DNA from: Ruditapes philippinarum
Taxonomy: Eukaryota
NCBI RefSeq assembly: GCF_026571515.1
Contig: NW_026854747.1
Location: 124,001 to 188,000, forward strand
Direction: 5' to 3'
DNA length: 64,000 bases
Shown here: positions 27,601 to 36,800 of the stretch, one piece after another
How the letters are laid out: each line of letters begins with the position of its first letter
How positions within the stretch are numbered: position 1 is the first letter of the stretch
Notes under the pieces: model-generated
What the model was told of the DNA's origin: nothing
What the model saw: the letters and a program-made list of their open reading frames with translations, nothing else
Databases searched by the model: none
Position numbers and translations under genes: made by a program

Positions 27601-30600
27601 GTGTGAGTGTGTGTGAGGGGGGTGGGGGGAGGCAAGAATGAGTAATATTCCTAACATTCTCTGGAATATGCAGTAACCCTTGTCAACATTTTCCTGGATC
27701 CGCGCCAGCATTATCACAGTATCATAATATTAATATGTAAGTTCAAAAATATCTCTTTCTATAAATAGAAATAATAATGTAAAGAATGAAGACTGTATAT
27801 TTAGCAAATTTCATATAATTATGTCATCCTAAGCTGTATAATAATGTATGTTCTGTTTTTGCATGTAGGTCATTTAAGACAAAAAGAAATGCTAGATTTT
27901 TTTAAATAAAAACGAAAGTGCTCATTTGTAACAAATGCGTTTCACCAATGCCCAAACCATTGAAAGAGAAAATTTACATTAAAATTCATGATGACTAAAC
28001 ATCAATGCTTTCATTTTATTTTCTTATCTGACCTTGAACCTCTGCATGTGATCTTGAGACCTGAATTTTGCCCACATTATAACACTACATTTTACAATGT
28101 TACACATTTGTGCAAAAAACATGTTAAAGTTTTGCTTTGCAATAGAATTTTCCTCTGACCTCTAAGTGTGACCTTGATCTTTGACCTATAGAGACTTTGA
28201 TCAATATGTTTCATGGTCAGAACAAATTATATCAAGTGAAACAATGAAAAATTCCATCCATGCAAGTAGACGATAAGCTCTGTCAAAATCTGAACATTTC
28301 ATCATCTCTGGTGACCTTGATCTTGCATATATTGACCTAAATTATGTTGAAAAGAAGTTTTATTCCAGACAAGCATTTTTCTTAAACCTCTCATGTGACC
28401 TTGACCTATGACCTAGAAACCTGGTTCATATGATTTAAAAAAGGTCTTATGGTGCTCAATGAAGTCTGGAGTTGCCCACGTTTAAGTTACAGAACATTGT
28501 AGGTGGTATTAAGTGACTATGAACTTATAATGAAAAATAAAAGTCATCTCTTCTACAAGGACATTTCACTCAATTATTTGGCTAATATGTTTTATCATTA
28601 AAGGACACAGTGACCTTAACCTTTTATCATTACAATGCTCTTCTACAAAAAAGGTAGATATCCTATGAAGTCTGAATTAGGCTGTTCGTCAGACAGTATA
28701 TTAAATGAAAGAGAAACAGAGCAGAAGCAGTATTTTTATAAATAAAATAAATAAATCAAAATCTTTTCATTAATGAAACTGATATCAAGTCTTAAATCTT
28801 TGTAAAAGATATGGCAAATTAAACTTAACTCACAATGAACTAACGCAAGTCATAAACTATTTACATGTATGCTATACCAGACAATCATGTCATATGATAA
28901 AAATGAACACCATGAAATCTAAGTACATATTTTATGATTGAAGAACCAGATCAGGTTATTGTGTGTTTGTTAATGTGTTTTATGCGAATAACAATATATC
29001 AAATTTATGACAAGAAATATGGAGGTATGTAAAAGTTTCGAAATTGACTGTCATACTACTACAATATACTGTAATCTGTGGCGTAGCTGCCTATATGTCG
29101 TATAAACCATGGTCCATAGTTTTTTACAGGAATATGAAAAAGATAAAAATCATTTACTTGTTGATCTGCATTCATTATTAAATTATTCCTTAAAAATTTA
29201 TCTTGTACTAAATATATGTTAAAATACTTTTCCAACACTCCATGCAGAGCAAAAAATATTATACCACTAGAACCCCCAAAAATTTGGCCTACACATAACT
29301 TTGAACCAAGCCTTGCCCTTGTTAATACCCACAGTATATAAAATCAAAGATAAATGTTACAAGTATATTATTAATATAATTATTATAGAAACTTGTTTAG
29401 AAAAGTAAATTTTATTTTTCTATGAGCATAAACTTGAGGACATAACCGCACAAAACCACTTCAATTTTCACCTACGTAATGTTAGGGCCCAGTTACACAG
29501 ACGGTCGGTACCCAATCAGTCATTTAATTTTAAATTTACTCGCTGTTATGATCGGTTGTCATGCGTGATTTTATTTCTGGTTTTCTGTGTAAACGGCCAT
29601 CGGTGACAAAAAGCAAATTCAAACATGTGGGGTCGATGATTAAATGCTGAAATACTTTTGGTTTTTATCGTTTGTAAATCGGAGCTAAATCGGGCGTAAC
29701 GCTGATTAATCGGTGTTTGATAGCTAGTCATCAGTGGTTAAACACTTTCCGTCAGATATGGCCGGTGATTCATATTTGGTTATCTTTGTCCGATCGGCGA
29801 TATCGGTGATTAAGAGCTTGCACATCTCGTGGTAAAGGTTGCCGTCGGTTATTTTTAAAATATTTTCACTGATCGAGAATTTTAAACGTGTTTGAAAATC
29901 CCAATCGGTAATTTTTAACCGATGAAACTTATCTTTCCCCAATATCAGTTGATAGGTGGAAAACAGGTGACCAATAGGTGATATCGGTGATAAATACGTT
30001 GTCATCGGTTCACTCCATAATTTGACTAAAAAAACTACCGATCAATCACCGATGGCTCTGTGTAACTGGGGTGTTACTTCTTCAGAAAAAGGTATCTTTG
30101 ATAGACATACAGTCCATGTAAAGACAGAAGTTGTTGGTTTAACCTAACAATTAATTACTGTGAAGCAGAATATAAAACAAATAAAATAAAAAAAAAATTA
30201 TTGGTGTAATTAAAAATTATGAATATAAACTACAAGTTTGTAAATCTACAAGTTAAGGATACAATTCTGTCTGAGATATTGCAGTAAAGTTGTTTCAGGC
30301 TCAGCATTCTTCTCCACAATCTGCCAAAAAAAATAAAGTCAACATTATAAGTTATGATCCACAACAAGTTTCATAAAACTTAAATCAACTGTAAATAAAG
30401 TAGTTCACTCTATAGCATAATTTTGTTCCTGCAACATAATTTGACTGTGACACAGTATTAGCTCATATAACATTGAATAACCATGACAAGGCATGTCCAT
30501 ACAACATTAATTGACTATGACACAGTATTATTTCATATAACATTGAATAACCATGACATAGCATGTCCATACAACATAAATTGACTATGACACAGTATTA

Positions 30601-33376
30601 TTTCATATAACATTGAAAACCATGACATAGCATGTACATGCAACATAAATTTGACTGTGACACAGTATTATTTCATATAACATTGAATAACCATGACATA
30701 GCATGTACATGCAACATAAATTGACTGTGACACAGTTTTATTTCATATAACATTGAATAACCATGACAATATTAGCATATTCATTCAACATAAATTGACT
30801 GTGACACAGTATTTTTTCATATAACATTGAATAACAATGACATAGCATGTCCATACAACATTAATTGACTATGACACAGTATTATTTCATATAACATTGA
30901 ATAACCATGACATAGCATGTCCATACAACATAAATTTGACTGTGACACAGTATTAGCTCATATAACATTGAATGACCATGACATAGCATGTACATGCAAC
31001 ATAAATTGACTGTCACACAGTTTTATTTCATATAACATTGAATGACCATGACATAGCATGTACATGCAACATAAATTGACTGTCACACAGTTTTATTTCA
31101 TATAACATTGAATGACCATGACATAGCATGTACATGCAACATAAATTGACTGTCACACAGTTTTATTTCATATAACATTGAATGACCATGACATAGCATG
31201 TTCATACAACATTAATTGACTATGACACAGTATTATTTCATATAATATAACATAAATATTGTAAAATGCTTAATATCTTATATGTTAATTCTTTTTATTT
31301 CCCTTCTCTGAAGACAAATAAAGTTAAATCATAATGGTTGGGCAATCAAATCTGCTCTGTCTAACAAGTATATCAGTGTCAACAAACTGCAAGTCTTGCC
31401 ATGCATATTAATTCATGACTACTGATGATAATTTATATTCAGGTAGGATATATTATAGAAATACAAGAATATGAGTACTAATTTATGTCTACATTAGTTA
31501 TAATGCATATACTCTTCTCTTATTTAATTTCAAACGCTTTAAATTTAACCTACTTAATTCTAAATTACAGCAAGATTATGTCTGTTAAATACAGGTTAAA
31601 ACAAACATTGGATTATAAGCTTGAATAATCTTAGTATTGCTAAAGAAATCACCAAAAATATATTTATATGTACCCTATATCTACTTTTTTGATATGGTTA
31701 TTAAAGTTTGTTCCTGGGGAAAAAAACTGTTTGTAATGTTATAAGTATATAATATGAAAACAGTTTTATATTATCATGTTATTTTTAACTAACTACACGT
31801 ATATTTTACCTGGGCAAAATTAATAAAGCATTGGCCTGTCCGATATATGGCCTTTTTTTGACCTATATTATGTATACAGCCAGGTAAATATTAACTTTCA
31901 ATGACAAAAGTATCAACCTTTATAGAAGTAGTAAATGCCCTAATCTTAAATTATGCAGGTTCATACAGGCATATGAAAAGAACCTAAAAAATAACTCCAC
32001 TCCATGTCTGAAACAGGGTGTTTTATTTACAGAGGCAAAGAGAAATTGAAAAAAGAGTAAAAGAATGTGCATGACTGTGGCAGTTGTAAAGTACTCAGTA
32101 AAAAAAGGTGTAAGTAGATATAAACTTGACAGGCACATTCCTTGGTATAATTAACTGCTAATAAATGGAAAATAGAAGAAAGTAGATGCTGCAATCTGCG
32201 GTGTATTAATTATAAACACAATACAATGTCATAGTAATATATTCAGGTCATAGCAAAAACATTGACTTGTAAAAAAAACAAAATGCACATTACACTGCTC
32301 CTATAATGAACACATAATGTGAACCATTAAAGTTTTGTTATTTTGTTAATGTGGGATAATGTTTTCCATTGACAATTTTATGCAGGGTTATAACCTTTAA
32401 GAGACAAGCATGACCTAGTTTTACCACCTATAAAATATTTCTTTATCTCCGATATCATGTTTGCAGATATCTGGTCAGTTATTTACCTGACTATTTGCAT
32501 AATCAATCATTATTGAATATTTACCAGTTCAGTCTTAGCTCAGTACAAGTCTGGTTACTTTCTCTAAATCTAATGCCTGTTATTTAATAGAGTTAATATT
32601 GAAGTCAGAACAAATAAGTGTATGCTTTAAATTTTTAATGTCTGTCTATTTCAAAGTGCATTTGTATTAATCTACAGTATATACAGAGGTATCTCTAAAC
32701 AATTCCTTATTTGAATGATGTATTAATGCTTTTTCAGTTCTCACAGGTTTTAAATCTATTACTATTTTGTTTGTAGTCAACTTATGTAAACAATGTTTAT
32801 ATATAGAAGGGATTTATTATATTACATAATTTATGTCTGGCATCTAGAACAACAGATTTAAAAGACATTTTGTTTAACTTTAATGTTTCAAAGAGCTTGT
32901 AATTCAAAACATATAATTTAAATAGAATATATTTGACGAAGTATTTGACGAAGTTCCAAACAAATTCAAACAAATTTGATACAATTTTCATGCTAATAAC
33001 TTTTTTGTGTGTGTTGTTTTTTTATCAATATATATTATTTAATCTGTAATATTCAGATTTACTTCATTATGATACTTCAGTCTCTAGTACATAAAATGTA
33101 ACGTGTAATATAATATACATGTATATAATTATCTATTGACAGTCACATGAATGTTTTCCTTGAATATTTCATATAAATCTAGACCAGTAAATCTGATTGA
33201 CATGCTAAGATGCTTGCTTCATTTAAAATAAAATTGGATTTATATAAGAAATATAACAAGTGCAAAACACATTTTAGTGCACGTGCCAATTTCAATAGAG
33301 GATAAAGGAGTCAAATACTACGCACCTTCTTTCCATTCACATAAAATACAAGTTCACTTTTCTTCTCCTCTGACAT
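579..33376 (-). CDS. XDH: Xanthine dehydrogenase/oxidase (molybdo-flavoenzyme), 26 coding exons in window, 3' end beyond left edge
   Basis: Spliced exons with GT-AG borders give the 2Fe-2S motifs ([36 protein letters not shown]), the FAD domain ([34 protein letters not shown]) and the Moco domain ([50 protein letters not shown]). Glu802- and Arg880-equivalents are present, which favours XDH over aldehyde oxidase. Exon lengths sum to 3157 nt (3n+1) because exon 10 has one extra base. Confidence 0.96.
740..1345 (-). mobile_element. Degenerate Helentron-associated (HINE/pearl-like) non-autonomous element
   Basis: Repeated GGTCACTGTGACCTT...CCACACAAAGTCTTAGG cores, decayed GACC/GATT microsatellite, terminal CCCC..GGGG hairpin. 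Confidence 0.55.
1908..1989 (-). CDS. XDH: XDH exon 25
   Basis: [27 protein letters not shown]. Confidence 0.95.
2208..2831. mobile_element. piggyBac-like non-autonomous DNA transposon
   Basis: Perfect TIR CCCATTACTTCAT / ATGAAGTAATGGG flanked by TTAA at 2204-2207 and 2832-2835; GC-richer interior; no transposase. Confidence 0.85.
2901..3224. mobile_element. Kolobok-like MITE
   Basis: TIR AGACACATTATGCCTCA / TGAGGCATAATGGGTCT, flanks CTAA/TTAA; related copies at ~44797-46075 and ~49295-49621. Confidence 0.7.
3315..3460 (-). CDS. XDH: XDH exon 24
   Basis: [48 protein letters not shown]. Confidence 0.95.
4011..4202 (-). CDS. XDH: XDH exon 23
   Basis: [18 protein letters not shown]...[18 protein letters not shown]...SSVK. 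Confidence 0.95.
4300..4578 (-). mobile_element. Degenerate tRNA-derived SINE
   Basis: Minus-strand head with A-box-like AGCTCAGTAAGTAGAGC and a decayed B box. Confidence 0.45.
4629..4715 (-). CDS. XDH: XDH exon 22
   Basis: [29 protein letters not shown]. Confidence 0.95.
4803..5073 (+). mobile_element. tRNA-derived SINE (central domain resembles Meta-type SINEs)
   Basis: A box TGGCCGAGTGG, B box GGTTCCAATCC, (CAAA)n tail, 11-bp TSD TAATGGCAGAA (4792-4802 / 5074-5084). Confidence 0.88.
5425..5512 (-). CDS. XDH: XDH exon 21
   Basis: [29 protein letters not shown]. Confidence 0.95.
5625..5945 (-). mobile_element. Degenerate HINE-like fragment
   Basis: Two copies of ACAACTA.GC.TGGT.ACAAA.AATCCTGTGAAGTTT followed by a (GACA/GGAC)n microsatellite. 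Confidence 0.5.
5975..6190 (-). mobile_element. tRNA-derived SINE
   Basis: tRNA-like head, (CAAA)n tail, 15-bp TSD ACAAGATTCCTATGT (5960-5974 / 6191-6205). Confidence 0.85.
6300..6433 (-). CDS. XDH: XDH exon 20
   Basis: [44 protein letters not shown]. Confidence 0.95.
6465..6772 (-). mobile_element. Crypton-like non-autonomous element (partial; reverse copy of the 41872 element)
   Basis: Shares GGAATATCCGTCCCTCGG, TATGACAGATATTATTA and TATGCAAGAAAA with 41872-42281 in inverted orientation. Confidence 0.6.
7540..7761 (-). CDS. XDH: XDH exon 19
   Basis: [20 protein letters not shown]...[11 protein letters not shown]...STQNPTETQ. Confidence 0.95.
7714..8190. repeat. Degenerate ~50-70-bp tandem repeat spanning the XDH exon 19 acceptor
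   Basis: About 8 units of TTAATTGACAG.GGTTTACCATAGAATGATCC; the first unit is exonic. Confidence 0.8.
8581..8700 (-). CDS. XDH: XDH exon 18
   Basis: [40 protein letters not shown]. Confidence 0.95.
9041..9222 (-). CDS. XDH: XDH exon 17
   Basis: [31 protein letters not shown]...EEIFASSQ. Confidence 0.95.
10188..10395 (-). CDS. XDH: XDH exon 16
   Basis: [20 protein letters not shown]...[31 protein letters not shown]. Confidence 0.94.
10744..10906 (-). CDS. XDH: XDH exon 15
   Basis: [54 protein letters not shown]. Confidence 0.95.
11357..12297 (-). mobile_element. HINE/pearl-like element with ~5 x 156-bp core repeats
   Basis: Sub-terminal IR TGTCGCC..GGCGACACA, (GACGCC)n microsatellite, 154-157-bp tandem cores, 3' hairpin plus AGTTCTAGTT. 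Confidence 0.85.
12371..12555 (-). CDS. XDH: XDH exon 14
   Basis: [23 protein letters not shown]...SAAVGR. Confidence 0.95.
13320..13432 (-). CDS. XDH: XDH exon 13
   Basis: [38 protein letters not shown]. Confidence 0.94.
13758..13851 (-). CDS. XDH: XDH exon 12
   Basis: [31 protein letters not shown]. Confidence 0.95.
13996..14215 (+). mobile_element. CORE-like tRNA SINE
   Basis: A box TGGCCGAGTGG, CORE-like GTTTCCTTAAGCAAGTAACTTTAC; homologous to the 14920 copy. Confidence 0.75.
14355..14431 (-). CDS. XDH: XDH exon 11
   Basis: [26 protein letters not shown]. Confidence 0.95.
14737..14905 (-). CDS. XDH: XDH exon 10 (contains apparent +1 frameshift)
   Basis: [42 protein letters not shown], then [11 protein letters not shown] in a shifted frame; 169 nt where a multiple of 3 is needed. 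Confidence 0.9.
14920..15155 (+). mobile_element. CORE-like tRNA SINE
   Basis: A box TGGCGGAGTGA, B box GGTTCAAACCC, CORE-like GTTTCCTTGAGCAAGAAACTTTAC. Confidence 0.78.
15503..15644 (-). CDS. XDH: XDH exon 9
   Basis: [47 protein letters not shown]. Confidence 0.94.
16270..16350 (-). CDS. XDH: XDH exon 8
   Basis: [27 protein letters not shown]. Confidence 0.93.
17764..17835 (-). CDS. XDH: XDH exon 7
   Basis: [24 protein letters not shown], linker with the CC motif, phase-compatible. Confidence 0.88.
17854..18062. mobile_element. Palindromic MITE family A, copy 1 (one end truncated)
   Basis: TGAGCCGCATCATGACAAAACCAAC...GGATCCAGACCAGCCTGCGCATCCGCGCAGTCTGATCAGGATCC plus its inverted arm. Confidence 0.9.
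19129..19190 (-). CDS. XDH: XDH exon 6
   Basis: [21 protein letters not shown]. Confidence 0.95.
19729..19855 (-). CDS. XDH: XDH exon 5
   Basis: [42 protein letters not shown]. Confidence 0.95.
19876..20112. mobile_element. Palindromic MITE family A, copy 2 (full length, 237 bp)
   Basis: ~103-bp inverted arms TGAGCCGCG...CGCGGCTCA around a ~30-nt spacer. Confidence 0.92.
21250..21787 (-). mobile_element. HINE-like element
   Basis: Terminal AAAAGCTCACC.TGAGC..GCTCAGGTGAGCTAAAA hairpin, GGAC-type microsatellite, repeated CACTAGAGTGTTAACAAG cores. Confidence 0.7.
23568..23676 (-). CDS. XDH: XDH exon 4
   Basis: [36 protein letters not shown]. Confidence 0.95.
24632..25960. repeat. 29-bp minisatellite (~34 units) interrupted by a TIR element
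   Basis: Unit GCTAGTGTTGCAGACCAGTCTGGGATTTT; ~24 units left and ~10 units right of the insertion. Confidence 0.95.
25331..25668. mobile_element. Non-autonomous TIR element with 9-bp TSD (Mutator-like)
   Basis: Imperfect ~55-bp TIR starting CAA(T/A)CTCCT; TSD GCATTTTGC at 25322-25330 and 25669-25677. Confidence 0.75.
26518..26614 (-). CDS. XDH: XDH exon 3
   Basis: [32 protein letters not shown]. Confidence 0.95.
26615..30262 (-). other. U12-type (minor spliceosome) GT-AG intron, XDH intron 2
   Basis: 5' site GTATCCTT (30262-30255); branch box TTTTCCTTGAC (26637-26627) 14 nt from the AG; no polypyrimidine tract. Confidence 0.92.
29485..30073. mobile_element. PIF/Harbinger-like non-autonomous element
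   Basis: TIR core CCCAGTTACACAGA / TCTGTGTAACTGGG, TTA TSD at 29482-29484 and 30074-30076, ATCGGT-rich interior. Confidence 0.8.
30263..30320 (-). CDS. XDH: XDH exon 2
   Basis: [19 protein letters not shown]; donor GTATCCTT (U12 type). Confidence 0.93.
30430..31248. repeat. 70-bp minisatellite (~11.5 units) in XDH intron 1
   Basis: Unit TATAACATTGAATGACCATGACATAGCATGTACATGCAACATAAATTGACTGTCACACAGTTTTATTTCA recurs at 30961, 31031 and 31101. Confidence 0.95.
33326..33376 (-). CDS. XDH: XDH exon 1
   Basis: [17 protein letters not shown] followed by a GT donor. Confidence 0.92.
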
Positions 33377-33824
33377 TATTGTGTTTTGTAAATATACAAC
33401 AATTATTTACGTTATTTTCCTAATCCATGCTCTTTCTAGCTTTGCACAATAAATGAGGTATGACACTCCGTGCAATGCTATAAAGTAGATAACTTCAGCA
33501 AAGTGTGACAACAAGTAAAATTAAACCTTGGGACTGTTTGTCCAACTGATAACAACTTCTTTATAGAGGCGATATTTTTGAGATAGTATGGTAATAAAAG
33601 TAGGTCAATGCCGGTGACAGATTTTCCCTATTCTAAAAATAAGCTTAATCGCATTGGTCAATCCCCCTACAAATTTTTCTACCTTCGTTTGAAGAGTTTA
33701 TGTCAAAAACGTTTCTATTGGACAAATTAATTCGGTCGTCCAATGAAAATCATTGTTTTATAAATGTAGTTTTACAACACGGCAAAGATTTTTTTTTAAC
33801 AAAAATAATAATCTTTCATTTTAG
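33377..33824. promoter_or_regulatory. Putative bidirectional promoter between XDH and ZnT6
   Basis: 448 bp between divergent ATGs; CCAAT/ATTGG boxes at 33653, 33717 and 33740. Confidence 0.55.
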
Positions 33825-33888
33825 ATGGCAAATTATGGCTCTGTTCCAGACCTTATAAGCAGTAGTGTTTCAGTAGATATTGGAAAAG
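33825..33888 (+). CDS. SLC30A6: ZnT6 putative first coding exon
   Basis: MANYGSVPDLISSSVSVDIGK+G|gtaatc, phase 1, matches the next exon; no homology support recognised. Confidence 0.6.
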
Positions 33889-36800
33889 GTAATCTAACAC
33901 GTATTTCATTTCAAAATTAATCAGTTTGCGTTTTACATTTAACCAAAGTGTAAACATTTCGGATAACCATGTTTTTGGACAAACATGGTGTAATATCGTG
34001 ATTTATAAGTTTATGTACCCTCGTCCCCCCCCCCCCACTCCCTAGCAAAAAAAAATAATAAAGGTTAATGAAAATAAATGAATAAAGTAAAAATATGTTA
34101 TAAATAATATGTAATTAGGCAAAGCCAATGAACGGGGAAGTCAGTTTAATAAAATAACAGTTCATTTTACATTTTCCCCTTTAGAAGTGTTATTGGTATT
34201 TCATGCTCTGCTTCCATTGGCAATCTCCTGGATTAGACCCCTACGTATTTTTCAGGTCTAAAACTTGTATATAATACACTTACTAGGAACACTTGAAGAA
34301 TTATTAATGAGCTGAAAAGTTGTGATTGTTCCGTTATCATTTAGTTTCATTTGCCCAACAACACATAAGTCATTAATAATATGAAATTAGGTGCTACCTA
34401 TAGCGCGGAAAGCTCTTATGATTCATGATTTAAGCATAACATGTTTAGTGTACATGTTAACCAGATCTATCATGCAATTTGTTAGCTGCGAACAGGTTTT
34501 ATAGTACTGCTAGACCTGTTTACTGTCACACAACGTCAAAATAAAAGCGACATATAAAGTTATGGAAGCCAGAACTAGCAATTCGTTAATAAGTAAATGC
34601 AGGTATTTTGTAACGAATAAATTGGTGGTGTTCAACCTATCATCGGAAGAGGGACCACTGCGCATGCGTCAACGTTTGGAAAATCCCGTCCACCATTTTC
34701 TGTTAATCTCTAATTACATATGTTGTTTTTACATTATTTTTAATGTGCTAATTTAATCAAAAAAATTTAAAAGTAACTTTTTACATTTATCATCGTGACT
34801 ATAGTTCTTATGAATGAAATGAATGTTTATTTTCTGATTTTGTACATTATTCTTTCACCGGAAGCGCTATTAAGCATGCGTCTGCTAGCAATAGTCTGAA
34901 TTATGTAGACGCTCATTTAAAGCGCTGTGATATCTATATTTAGCTCAAAAGGATTTCAAAATGGAGGCGCCCAATTAACTAAGGATTTTTTCACAGCTAT
35001 TAGGTATACTAGGATATAAATTTTTTGAAATTTTCATTTACTTTTAATTTGATTTCATTTGAATTGATGCGCGTCGTACATGTTATCTAAGAGAGCTACA
35101 GCCCTCCCCGGGCCTTTGGCCCCTCTCGGACTTTCCTCGTATAACCAGTCTGCGTATAACACTGAAAATTTTGCTGATAGGCATAGAAATCTATATATTT
35201 TTAGCTCAACTATTTGTTAAGAATATGTATAGCTATCCTAGTCACCTGAGCGTCGGGTCGGCAGCCACTTACAGTGACTTATTTTAAAGTTTGCATACCA
35301 CCTCAAATATCAAGCAGTTTTTTTTTTCACCAAAATATTCGGCAAAATTCGGCCCTATTCTCCCCTCAAAATAGTATGTTTTTTCCGCCCCTCAAAGCCT
35401 AAAATTCCCCCTACATGGCAGGCCGAATTTGCCTGCAGTAGATATCATTTTTTTTTGCAACTAACTGCCGAAAAATGTTTTATTTAATGCCTGTAAGAGT
35501 TACTGTTAAGCAAGGTTGTTTACAAATCGTTCTCTGGTAGGTAAATGGAGCTAGTCCCGGCGTCCCAACAAGTTTATCATGCGGCGCAATGCAACGCGAT
35601 ATTTGAGATCCTTATGTTAAGAAAAAGAGACATATTTTGAACTTGTGTTGCAAGAGTTGCTCCCCTTTTCCACCGCAAAGAAAACAATATAAAATAAGTA
35701 AACAAATAAAATTCCCCCTCCTATTACATTTTTCCCCCTCCAAAGGGCACCGAACCCCTTCCCCAAAAGTGAAAAAAAACACTGTCAAGGCTCTTTTACT
35801 ATCAAGCACTAAGAATAGTCGAGCATGCTGTCCTACTGACAGCTCTTGTTTAAATTGGTTTCCTTTTAAACATACATGTGTAGCTGGGCAAGCCAATTTC
35901 CGGGCTTGCTTCTAAAACTTTGACTGTCTTGTATTAATTAATGTGTTGAAAGTCATGATGATAATATATGAATTTTGTCATAAAAATGCCCTGATGATCA
36001 TGTCTGGTCTACAATTCCATTCTAAAACTACAGAAATGTGTTAGACATGGTGATAACATGTTGTAAGTGTCAGATCTTCTGCTCAAAGGTCAAGGTTACA
36101 CTTATGAAAAAATTAACAAAGTAAAACACACGTTAGTTAGTAGTATTATATAAATTACCAAAATTTATCAGGTTTTAGTAACCTTTTATAAGATAAATTT
36201 ACATTTACAGAAATTATTGTGTAAAAGATACACTTTAACAATTCATAATTGCCTCTTATGCATTTTTTTGAAAACACCTATATGGCATAAATATAAGTAT
36301 ATATGATAGAATTGCTGTACATGAACTTTGGGCAAGTAGTATATGTATGTACCGATGTGGTAAGCCTCTTCCTAAGTTCCTTTATGTTATCAGTCATTAT
36401 AGAATAATTCCTGTTTCAGGTTATGTCTCAAAAGATGGCACAAAACAGACATCTACATCGGTGAGTTTATATTTATAATTATTTCATATATACAGTGAAA
36501 TGCGACTTGCAGCCACATCAAAATTAATTAAGAAGACACCATTATTCTGGGCTGTTTTGGGTTTTTTTTAAAGAAACAAAAAACAATTTTCTTCATAAAT
36601 AATTTAGAAAAATGACTTCTTTTAAGTCCACAACCATAATCTTTGTGACTTTATTGGTAAGACCATTCTATTAATATTTAAGTGAATTAAGACCACATTT
36701 ACCTGGGATTCAATCAACAATATACCAGGAGTGAACAGTTCCTTTTTTTACAACATACATGTAGTTAATTATAACAAATAAACTTCATGGACAGATAACA

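Noticed and set aside
579-33376. Aldehyde oxidase
   Set aside because: Glu802- and Arg880-equivalents (GGKETRS, TQRAMFH) and the FFxGYR NAD-associated motif are retained, as in XDH
34562-34602. MEARTSNSLISKCR as a ZnT6 first exon
   Set aside because: Its donor is phase 2, incompatible with the phase-1 exon at 36420
36423-36460. ATGs in ZnT6 exon 2 as the start codon
   Set aside because: That frame is out of phase with the conserved frame and stops in exon 3
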